From Candidatus Omnitrophota bacterium (lineage in GTDB: Bacteria; Omnitrophota; Gorgyraeia; Zapsychrales; Fredricksoniimonadaceae), in assembly GCA_028865345.1 (NCBI GenBank), contig JAGWKL010000003.1:64184-128183 (forward strand): a DNA stretch of 64,000 bases, written 5' to 3'. Of this stretch, positions 17,828 through 26,111 are shown piece after piece (position 1 is the first letter of the stretch; every line of letters begins with the position of its first letter). The notes below the pieces were generated by a model that searched no databases, was not told where the DNA came from, and worked only from the letters and a program-made list of their open reading frames with translations. The position numbers and the translations under genes were made by a program.

Positions 17828-17861
17828 GCGGTTGGATTTCCGAACTCTGGAAATTTTTTTA

Positions 17862-17890
17862 TTGCTTTTTAAATCGTTTTAAAGTATAAA
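17862..17890 (+). promoter_or_regulatory. sigma70-type promoter of the glycosyltransferase gene, with an IHF-consensus-like site downstream
   Basis: TTGCTT-N17-TATAAA; AATCAAATACTTA at 17925-17937 matches WATCAANNNNTTR. Confidence 0.45.
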
Positions 17891-17984
17891 AGATATGTCC
17901 TCATTATTTACACATCTTTAATTAAATCAAATACTTATAGTCCTTAGGTTAATCGATTGTTAGTTATCTTTGAGATGGTGTTTT

Positions 17985-19337
17985 ATGAAAAAGCATGCCA
18001 AACCGGAATTAGTTGCTGTAGAAAACGGTCTTTCCGAAACCGAGGAATTGCTCACCGAAATTGAAACAACCCAGGTTGAAACAGTCCCTGTCAAACAGGC
18101 CCCTGTTACGGAAGAAAAGATCAAATTCAAGAATATCCCCCCTAAAGTTGAGAAACCCGTCGAGCTTAATCCTATGCGGATCGCCCTGCTTTCCTGGGAA
18201 TCTCTTCATTCGATAAGCATCGGAGGGATTGCCGTTCATGTCACCGAGCTTGCCTGCGCGCTGGAGCGCAGAGGCCACGAGGTCCATGTCTTTACACGTA
18301 TGGGACAGCATGACCATCCCCAATACGAACGCATCCATGGGGTGCATTATCACCGGGTCCCTTATAGGGGGCATTCGGACATCATAGAAGATGTCAATAA
18401 TATGTGCCGTGCCTTTGTGACCACGGTGTTCCAGGTGGAAGATTATATGGGCGCCCATTTTGATATCGTCCATGCGCATGACTGGCTGACATCGAATGCG
18501 ATGGTATGGATCAAGCAGGGGCGGGGAAGAAAAGGGATATTGACCATCCATGCGACGGAATACGGCCGCTGCGGTAATAATTTTTATGGCGGCCAGTCGG
18601 CCAGGATACGCGATCACGAGCGCCACGGCACCTATTGCGCGGACAGGGTCATCACCGTATCTTATACGCTTAGAAGCGAAGTCATGTGGATGTACAATGT
18701 TCCTGACTGGAAGGTCCACAGCATTTATAACGGCGTCAATTACAAGCATTTCAACGGGTATGTCGATCCGGGCGCCATCAAGATGAAATACCACATGGGA
18801 CCGACAGATCCGGTGGTCTTGTTTGCCGGAAGGATGACGGTCCAAAAAGGGCCTGATCTGCTCATTGAAGCTGTGCCGGCCATTCTGCGTTATTATCCTA
18901 ATGCGAAATTTATTTTCGCGGGCGACGGCCATTTGCGGGGCGCCGTTGAAAACAGGGCCAGGCAATTGGGAGTTGCCCACGCCACCAGGTTTATCGGCCA
19001 CCAAAATGCCTGGGGACTGATCGACCTTTTTAAAGCCTGTGAGTGTGTCTGCGTCCCCAGCCGTAATGAACCCTTCGGCATCGTCATTCTTGAAGCCTGG
19101 AGCGCGGGCAAGCCGGTGGTGGCCACTGAAATCGGCGGCCCTTCCGAATTTGTCTGGCATGACGTGACAGGATACAGGGTCCGTCCGTCGCCGGATTCCA
19201 TTGCATGGGGGATCGGGACTCTGTTCGCCGATTTTGAGCATGGGCGGTGGATGGGCAAGAACGGCAGATACGCCGTTGAAAAAGACTTCTCCTGGGACGT
19301 CATTGCGGGCCATACCCTGGCCGTCTATAAACTGTAA
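17985..19337 (+). CDS. Glycosyltransferase family 4 protein (probably alpha-glucan metabolism)
   Basis: 'LLSWE...GGIAVHV', 'HAHDWL', 'TIHATEYGR', 'PSRNEPFGIVILEA'. Confidence 0.9.
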   Translation: MKKHAKPELVAVENGLSETEELLTEIETTQVETVPVKQAPVTEEKIKFKNIPPKVEKPVELNPMRIALLSWESLHSISIGGIAVHVTELACALERRGHEVHVFTRMGQHDHPQYERIHGVHYHRVPYRGHSDIIEDVNNMCRAFVTTVFQVEDYMGAHFDIVHAHDWLTSNAMVWIKQGRGRKGILTIHATEYGRCGNNFYGGQSARIRDHERHGTYCADRVITVSYTLRSEVMWMYNVPDWKVHSIYNGVNYKHFNGYVDPGAIKMKYHMGPTDPVVLFAGRMTVQKGPDLLIEAVPAILRYYPNAKFIFAGDGHLRGAVENRARQLGVAHATRFIGHQNAWGLIDLFKACECVCVPSRNEPFGIVILEAWSAGKPVVATEIGGPSEFVWHDVTGYRVRPSPDSIAWGIGTLFADFEHGRWMGKNGRYAVEKDFSWDVIAGHTLAVYKL

Positions 19338-19455
19338 CCTTCCTACGATCTTTCTACCGGTTTTCCCATTCTTTTTTTATAAAACGCCCGGTATCGCCAA
19401 TTCCTAGAAATAAGTGTTATACTTTATTTAAAGTAAGTGCCAACGAAGGAATAGG

Positions 19456-22400
19456 ATGACCTCATACATCCTTAATGTCAATAAGGCCATGGTCCAACAT
19501 ATCCGAAAAGCTGTTTCTATAATTATTCTGGTAGCTTTTATCAGTACCTCTGTACAGTCGTCGGCCTTTGCCCAAATAGACCCCATGCCTTGGATGCCCA
19601 AACCGGGGACAATGGTGCATCTAAGCCCTGTATATACGCCTGCCTATCTGAAAGGCATTGTCATCCATCCCAAAAATCCATTTAAATTCGACTTTATCAT
19701 CTACAGGGGCGATAAGCCTTTGACCTATGCCCAGAAAAGGCAAGTGTACACTAAACTGACCAAGTATTTTCTGGCATCCTTGGCTGTTCCTGACAGCGAC
19801 CAGTGGGTGAACCTGTCCCCTTATGAGAAAGACCGCATTATCAAAAGTGATTTCGGCAAAACAGAGATGGGCCGTGACCTTTTGGCCCAGGATTATCTGT
19901 TAAAGCAAATTACGGCATCCTTGATCTATCCGGAAAGCAAAATAGGCAAGCAGTTCTGGAAGAAGGTCTACGCCCAGGCGCAGAAGCAATACGGGACCAC
20001 CGATATTCCTGTGAATACATTTAACAAGGTATGGATATTGCCGGATGATGCGCTTATCTATGAAAAGGGCAATACGGCTTACGTTATCAAAAACCACTTG
20101 CGGGTGATGCTGGAAGAAGATTATTTGTCTTTACAAAAGCATGCCGGAATAACCGATGTCGTTTCAAGGGGCCCGAAGGGCGATGAAGCCTCCCGTATCA
20201 TCCGTCAAATTGTGCTTCCGCAACTGCAGAAAGAGGTCAATGAAGACAAGAACTTCGCGCCGTTGCGCCAGGTCTACAGCGGGATGCTGCTGGCTGCCTG
20301 GTTTAAACAGACCTTAAAACATTCTCTCCTGGCCGAAATTTACGCCAATAAGGGCAGGGTCAAGGGGATAGATCAGGACCCGAGAAGCAACGAAGCAATC
20401 TACCAGCAGTACCTGAGAGCCTATAAAAAGGGCGTGTTTGATTTCATCAAAGAAGATACGGATCGATTGACCAATGAAACGATCCCCAGAAAGTATTTCT
20501 CGGGCGGAGTGACAGGGGATTATGCACAAGCCGCAAAGGAGCTGGGAGAGGCGACGATCATTCACGAGGTGCATTCCATCGATCCTGCCCAGGCCGCTCT
20601 TGTCAGGGAGGTCTTGACATCAAAGGCCGATGATGTGACGGAAGTTTTCCGGGAAGCGGCAGGCCATACGGCCTTGCCCGATGGGGCCATGGCCACTGCG
20701 GGATTGTTTAAAAATGTGCCGGCGGGCACTATCAACCCCTACTTGGAAGTAAACCGTCTTTTTAGCGAGGTCAGCGGTAAGATCAGGCAGGAGAATATAA
20801 AAGACGTAAACGGAAGGACGATACAGGGGGATTTTATAAGGCCGATGTTGGAGACTTTGGACTATTACGCCGGTGAGGCCGGTAAGCAGGTTGAATCCGT
20901 CGAGCTTTTGGTGGCCATGGCCAGGGTGTTCAATGCCATAGGCTCTGACCCCAAAACCATGGTCAGGCACGGGGCGCCGGTCTATGCCGCGTATGATGGC
21001 CAAATTCAAGCGATCGTCAACGCCGGCACCTTGCGGGAGGCGGAAGACATTTTACGGACAATAACCCCGGCCCCCAAGACCGAAGGGCAGCCCACCAGCG
21101 CTGTATTCAAGGCATTTATTGCGGCGCATTTTCAGGACATGCCCAAGATGGAAGCCTATAAGGCCGACGGAGAAAAGGTCGAACTGGTCGATCTGGGCAG
21201 CCCCGAGGTGCAACAGATGCTTAAGGCCCCGGCTGCGGTCCCTATCATCGTCCCCGACAAACGGGTCCTGACTTTATATTCCGATGGAAAATTATTGGAA
21301 ACCGCCGGGGATTGGACCAGCTATGATTTAAACCGCCGTATCGCCGTCTCTCAAAGCGGGGTGATCTATTTTATCAAGCATAAGCCGGGAGACAGGCGAT
21401 TTAAGATCATGTACCCGTTTCGACTGGATTATGAGGATTCAGGCCTGGCCTTGAATAGTAAGGTTTTGGCAAAGGTCCCCGAAACCTACCGTGATGCGTT
21501 GGTCAGTGAAGTCCAAAGGGGTTTCAGGGCCTTGATCCTGGATTCGGGCCATCCCGATCCCAGACCAGCCAATCTTCTGGTGAGGATCGCCGTTGATGAC
21601 AAGGGGAAACCCGGCGTGGAGTATGAGCCGATCGATTTCGATGCGGCCATGACGCACGGAGGAGGTTTTTTAAAAGAGGCGGTCGGCTTTCTCAACAGCC
21701 GCGGCTTAAAGCCGCAATGGGGAAACACCTATGTGTTATACCCGCGCATGCCCTTGTATAATACCTTTCTAGATTTTTTAACGGAAGAATTGGGCCGCCT
21801 GCCTTTTAACAATGAAACCGGCCAAACGGTCCTTATGCGCAAGGATGCCCGGGAGGTCGTTGCCCGCTTAAGGGGCTATCTGCAGCGGAGGCTGGACATG
21901 ATCGAAGCGTCCGGGCCATGGAACGGGCATACCGAAAGCATCGCGGATATATTCCATAAAAACAGCCTGGAAGTGTTCAAGAATGAGATTTATCCCCGGC
22001 ATGGCATCAACGGTACCGGATATAATTTGGACCTCGCTGTCGACGGGAATCATGCTCCGGCATTTTTAAAGCTGGAAAGAAGGCAGGTGGTCCAGGAGAG
22101 CGGGGGCATCAAGGTCTACAATGACGGTGTTTTAACCCTCAGGCTTACCGACGGAGCCTTGATTCTGGACCTGGAAAGGATCCCGACATCCAATGTTCAT
22201 TACGCAGATACGGCCATGGGCTCTCAGCAGGTCCAGGCGTCCCTGCATAGAAAATTCGCGTTAATCGTGTATGCCGATAAATCAACGGATTGGAACGGCG
22301 CTTTAAATAACGTTCTTGGTCTTAGAGAAGAGTTGGAACAAAAAGGGTATGTGGTCAGCAATACGCGGGTCGATTCTGTTGAGAATTTAATCGAAAAGGT

Positions 22401-23031
22401 GGAGAAGTATTCTAAGGACCAGGCCCCGGATCTGTTGATCATTGGGGCCCATGGAACACAAAATTCAATGCATTTAGGCAATGGCCCCGGAGGGTATCTT
22501 ACCTTGCACAATGTCCAACAGCTAAGAATGATAAGCGGTACGCTGGCAAAAGGCGGAACCGTTGTTTTGCAGAGTTGTTCGACGGGTAAAGGGGAAAGTT
22601 TTGAAGGCAATATGGCCAATGTTTTCGCTAAGATATTTCCACAGGCCGCGCATGTTTTCGCCCCAAGAGTGCCGGCGGGCCCAAGGTTTACCTTTGATGC
22701 TAATAATGTGGTTTCCGGGATAAAATATGACAATTTTGAATCAGGGGTCGTTTCCAGTATTAATTTGAGGACCCATGAGACTAATTTGACCGAAAGAGGA
22801 TACGATGCCGCAAAACAAGCGCGCTTGCAGGATAAGGCCATGACGCCCGGCGGTATCGACTTAAACGCCGCCAATTTGGACCTGTTGATCAAGCGGGACG
22901 GCAAGGGCATGCCGCTGCAGTGGCCAATTCAGGACCAGGCCCAGTTTAGCAATATCCAGGGTCTTGACCCTGTCATACTTTCCATAAAGCCCGCAACCCG
23001 GACACCCGTGTTTGCTGAGCTTGTGTCTTGA
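19456..23031 (+). CDS. Large modular secreted protein: conserved N-terminal domain, cargo modules separated by DxAM, C-terminal PGGIDLN domain
   Basis: Signal-like N-terminus (AFA-Q); four D-x-A-M motifs; HPDxxxxN/DFD and HG/SC motifs inside modules; alternative start at 19489. Confidence 0.85.
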   Translation: MTSYILNVNKAMVQHIRKAVSIIILVAFISTSVQSSAFAQIDPMPWMPKPGTMVHLSPVYTPAYLKGIVIHPKNPFKFDFIIYRGDKPLTYAQKRQVYTKLTKYFLASLAVPDSDQWVNLSPYEKDRIIKSDFGKTEMGRDLLAQDYLLKQITASLIYPESKIGKQFWKKVYAQAQKQYGTTDIPVNTFNKVWILPDDALIYEKGNTAYVIKNHLRVMLEEDYLSLQKHAGITDVVSRGPKGDEASRIIRQIVLPQLQKEVNEDKNFAPLRQVYSGMLLAAWFKQTLKHSLLAEIYANKGRVKGIDQDPRSNEAIYQQYLRAYKKGVFDFIKEDTDRLTNETIPRKYFSGGVTGDYAQAAKELGEATIIHEVHSIDPAQAALVREVLTSKADDVTEVFREAAGHTALPDGAMATAGLFKNVPAGTINPYLEVNRLFSEVSGKIRQENIKDVNGRTIQGDFIRPMLETLDYYAGEAGKQVESVELLVAMARVFNAIGSDPKTMVRHGAPVYAAYDGQIQAIVNAGTLREAEDILRTITPAPKTEGQPTSAVFKAFIAAHFQDMPKMEAYKADGEKVELVDLGSPEVQQMLKAPAAVPIIVPDKRVLTLYSDGKLLETAGDWTSYDLNRRIAVSQSGVIYFIKHKPGDRRFKIMYPFRLDYEDSGLALNSKVLAKVPETYRDALVSEVQRGFRALILDSGHPDPRPANLLVRIAVDDKGKPGVEYEPIDFDAAMTHGGGFLKEAVGFLNSRGLKPQWGNTYVLYPRMPLYNTFLDFLTEELGRLPFNNETGQTVLMRKDAREVVARLRGYLQRRLDMIEASGPWNGHTESIADIFHKNSLEVFKNEIYPRHGINGTGYNLDLAVDGNHAPAFLKLERRQVVQESGGIKVYNDGVLTLRLTDGALILDLERIPTSNVHYADTAMGSQQVQASLHRKFALIVYADKSTDWNGALNNVLGLREELEQKGYVVSNTRVDSVENLIEKVEKYSKDQAPDLLIIGAHGTQNSMHLGNGPGGYLTLHNVQQLRMISGTLAKGGTVVLQSCSTGKGESFEGNMANVFAKIFPQAAHVFAPRVPAGPRFTFDANNVVSGIKYDNFESGVVSSINLRTHETNLTERGYDAAKQARLQDKAMTPGGIDLNAANLDLLIKRDGKGMPLQWPIQDQAQFSNIQGLDPVILSIKPATRTPVFAELVS

Positions 23032-23166
23032 CTTATCAACCCACCCTTCGGGAAATTGTAGAATTTTAGAAATTGGGTCGTGAGAGTTTATAAAGGTTTG
23101 ATCTTGCAACCTCCGGTTAAGAATGGCACAATTATGTTTTGCCAGGGGACTTACCGAATAAAAATT

Positions 23167-24012
23167 ATGAGATCAATTTTCAATTCTAATTGGGCGTATA
23201 TTCCCTATCATATCCATCCGGTGGCTTTCAGCATCGGTCCTGTCCGTGTTCATTGGTACGGGTTGATGTATTTGACCGCCTTTTTCATCGTTTATTTTCT
23301 GGTTCTATACAGGATCAGGACGGAATCCCTCAGTTACAGCAAAGAATCCATACTGGATTTTATGTTTTTGGCCATCGCGTGCCTTTTCGCCGGAGGCAGG
23401 TTGGGCTACGTGCTTTTTTATAATTTGCCTTACTATTTGGCCAATCCGATAAAGATTATTTCCCCGTTTAGTTTTTCCAACGGCATTCATTATACGGGTA
23501 TTTATGGGATGTCGTTTCATGGAGCTTTGATAGGCGTGTTTTTGGCTTTTATGTATTACTGCCGCAAGAATAAAATGAACCCCTGGCGTTTTATAGACCT
23601 TTTTGTCCCGGCCATTCCGTTGGGTTATACCTTCGGCAGAATAGGCAATTTTATTAATGGCGAATTATATGGAAGGGTCACGACTGTACCGTGGGGCATG
23701 TATTTTCCTCTCGATGGCACACATCAACTGCGGCATCCTTCCCAATTGTATGAAGCCTTTTTTGAAGGAATCGTGCTTTTTGTGGTCCTTTGGAATTTGA
23801 GAAAGGTCAGATCTTTTGACGGTTTCCTTTCAGCCGTGTACCTGATCGGTTATGGGACATTCAGATTTTTTATAGAATTTTTCAGACAGCCGGACCCGCA
23901 GTTGGGTTTTGTATTAGGGCCGTTTTCCATGGGGCAGATCCTTTGTTTTATTATGGTTGTCGCCGGGACGGCGATATTGGCAGGGCATAGGAAAGATTTT
24001 TTGCGCCGATAA
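23167..24012 (+). CDS. lgt: Prolipoprotein diacylglyceryl transferase
   Basis: 'HWYGLMY', 'GGRLGYVLFY', 'GMSFHG', 'GRIGNFINGELYGR', 'RHPSQLYE'. Confidence 0.95.
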   Translation: MRSIFNSNWAYIPYHIHPVAFSIGPVRVHWYGLMYLTAFFIVYFLVLYRIRTESLSYSKESILDFMFLAIACLFAGGRLGYVLFYNLPYYLANPIKIISPFSFSNGIHYTGIYGMSFHGALIGVFLAFMYYCRKNKMNPWRFIDLFVPAIPLGYTFGRIGNFINGELYGRVTTVPWGMYFPLDGTHQLRHPSQLYEAFFEGIVLFVVLWNLRKVRSFDGFLSAVYLIGYGTFRFFIEFFRQPDPQLGFVLGPFSMGQILCFIMVVAGTAILAGHRKDFLRR

Positions 24013-24151
24013 GACGGTTATTCAGATTTGTCATCAGCCCTGCAGATGAAATTGTTATGGAAAATCAAATGCCCGGCCCAATCAACTCGTCTTATGCGCA
24101 GCGTGTCCTTATAAAGGTCCCGGAGAGGTCTAAGATACTAGGAAAAGCTTC

Positions 24152-24180
24152 TGGACAGCCTTAAAAAAGTCTGGTATAAA
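24152..24180 (+). promoter_or_regulatory. sigma70-type promoter upstream of tRNA-Lys
   Basis: TGGACA-N17-TATAAA with TG extension. Confidence 0.55.
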
Positions 24181-24270
24181 AGACTCTCGCTTTCATGACT
24201 TGAGGCGTTCAGCTGCCGGCCGTCTGGTGATGGCAGGCTTTGATTGAGGCCGCAAGACAATCGAATAATT

Positions 24271-24343
24271 GGGCCATTAGCTCATCCGGTAGAGCATCTG
24301 ACTCTTAATCAGAGGGTGGCAGGTTCGAGTCCTGCATGGCCCA
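24271..24343 (+). tRNA. tRNA-Lys (anticodon CTT); CCA not encoded
   Basis: Acceptor stem GGGCCAT/ATGGCCC, anticodon arm TCTGA-CTCTTAA-TCAGA, T arm GCAGG-TTCGAGT-CCTGC. Confidence 0.96.
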
Positions 24344-24352
24344 TTTTTGTTT

Positions 24353-25168
24353 ATGGATATCAAATCCCTGAAGAAGAAAGCCGTTGATTTCCGTCGACAA
24401 ATCCTGGAGACCCTGGAGGCCGCAGGTTCGGGCCATCCGGGCGGTTCCTTGTCCGCCGTTGAGATTTTTTTGGTCCTTTACGGCTGCCAGCTCAAACACA
24501 GGCCTGCCGATCCCTGTTGGGATGACCGTGACCGCGTGATCGTTTCCAAGGGCCACGTGACTCCGGTCGTGTACGTGACGCTTGCCAACTTCGGATATTT
24601 CTCTAAAGAAGAATTAAAAACATTCAGAAAATTCGGCAGCCGCCTGCAGGGTCATGTGCATACCAAGGTGCCCGGTGTGGAATTTAATACCGGTTCGTTG
24701 GGGCATGGTCTGTCTTTTGCCAACGGGGTGGCCTTGGGCGCTAAAATGCGCGGTAAAAATTTCAAGGTGTATTGCGTGATGGGCGATGGGGAGCTTCAGG
24801 AAGGTTCCGTGTGGGAGGCGGCCATGACCGCCGCCCACCATAAGTTGGACAATGTATGCGCCGTCGTTGATTACAACAAGGTGCAGGAGAACGGGCCGAC
24901 CAATGAGATCAAGAATCTGGAGCCTTTGGCCCAAAAGTGGTCGGCATTCGGCTGGCATGTGCTTGAGGTTGATGGGCACAGCATCGAAGCTTTGAAGGCG
25001 GCCTTTGATGATTTTAATGCCGTCCGAGGCCGTCCGACGGTGATCATTGCTAATACATTTAAAGGCAGGGGTATTTCTTTTATGGAAGGCAAATGCGCCT
25101 GGCACGGCAAAGCTCCCAACAAAGAGCAATTGGCCATGGCTTTGCGGGAGTTGATCGATGGAGATTAA
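24353..25168 (+). CDS. Transketolase, N-terminal (TPP-binding) subunit
   Basis: 'GSGHPGGSLS', 'SKGH', 'TGSLGHG', 'GDGELQEG', 'WHGKAP'. Confidence 0.93.
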   Translation: MDIKSLKKKAVDFRRQILETLEAAGSGHPGGSLSAVEIFLVLYGCQLKHRPADPCWDDRDRVIVSKGHVTPVVYVTLANFGYFSKEELKTFRKFGSRLQGHVHTKVPGVEFNTGSLGHGLSFANGVALGAKMRGKNFKVYCVMGDGELQEGSVWEAAMTAAHHKLDNVCAVVDYNKVQENGPTNEIKNLEPLAQKWSAFGWHVLEVDGHSIEALKAAFDDFNAVRGRPTVIIANTFKGRGISFMEGKCAWHGKAPNKEQLAMALRELIDGD

Positions 25169-26111
25169 GCCCGTCCCCACCAGAGACGGTTTCGGCGAGG
25201 AGTTGGTTGCCCTTGGCAAATCCAATCCCAATGTCGTGGTGACTTCCGGCGACCTGGAAGATGCCACCCGCGCCGAATATTTCAAGAAAGAGTTTCCGCA
25301 GCGGTTTTTTAATTTAGGCATCACGGAGCAGGACGTGGTGGGCACGGCCGCGGGCTTGAGCACCCAGGGCTATGTGGCCTTTGCCACTTCCTTTGCCGTA
25401 TTTCTGACCAACCGTGCCTATGACATGATCCGCATGGACGTCTGTTACAACAATTTGAATGTGAAGGTGGTCTGTTCGCATGGGGGTATCACCGTCGGTG
25501 AGGATGGCGCCAGCGCCCAGTGCCTGGAAGATTTTGCCATTATGCGGGTGCTTCCTAATATGAGGGTCATTTGTCCTGTGGACCATATCGAGGCCAGGAA
25601 AGCCACGCGTGCCATCGCCAATACGTTCGGCCCGTTTTATATGCGCACCTCCAGAGCGCCGTTCCCTGTCATTACCGCAGAAGGGGACCCTTTTGTGATC
25701 GGCAAGGCCAATGTGTTGCGTTTGGGCCGTGATGCGACGGTCATCGCCTGCGGGGTTATGGTCTCGGAAGCCCTTGCGGCCGCCGAAAAATTAAAATCCG
25801 ACGGCATAGATCTCAGGGTCGTGAACATGCATACCATCAAGCCCGTCGATGTTGAGACGATCGTCGCTGCTGCGAAGGAAACCGGCGCCATTGTGTGTGC
25901 CGAAGAACATCAGATGGCCGGCGGCCTGGGGTCCGCGGTGGCGGAAATTCTGGGGCGGTATTCCCCGTGTCCCTTGGAAATATTGGGGATCAAGGACTCG
26001 TTTGGTGAAAGCGGTACGCCTGCCCAATTAATGGTGCAGTACGGCTTGAAAGATGTTAATATCGTAGCTGCGGTCAAAAATGTGATTAAACGGAAAGTCT
26101 CCTATGCCTGA
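25158..26111 (+). CDS. Transketolase, C-terminal subunit
   Basis: 'GITEQ', 'VGEDGASAQ', 'HTIKPVD', 'EEHQ..GGLG'. Confidence 0.92.
   Translation: MEIKPVPTRDGFGEELVALGKSNPNVVVTSGDLEDATRAEYFKKEFPQRFFNLGITEQDVVGTAAGLSTQGYVAFATSFAVFLTNRAYDMIRMDVCYNNLNVKVVCSHGGITVGEDGASAQCLEDFAIMRVLPNMRVICPVDHIEARKATRAIANTFGPFYMRTSRAPFPVITAEGDPFVIGKANVLRLGRDATVIACGVMVSEALAAAEKLKSDGIDLRVVNMHTIKPVDVETIVAAAKETGAIVCAEEHQMAGGLGSAVAEILGRYSPCPLEILGIKDSFGESGTPAQLMVQYGLKDVNIVAAVKNVIKRKVSYA

Noticed and set aside
18009-19313. 434-aa antisense ORF, and many similar minus-strand ORFs such as 24614-25363, 22224-22910 and 60104-60784
   Set aside because: They are shadows of well-supported + strand genes and carry no recognisable motifs
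20158-20193. GCCC-GAA-GGGC hairpin in the large gene resembling an in-frame palindromic element
   Set aside because: Single degenerate copy in the window; cannot be supported without a genome-wide search
24013-24150. Short open frames between lgt and the tRNA promoter
   Set aside because: No RBS or recognisable similarity; possibly a gene remnant but unsupported
19340-24343. Possible island integrated at tRNA-Lys
   Set aside because: No integrase, no duplicated tRNA 3' end seen, and housekeeping genes flank the tRNA
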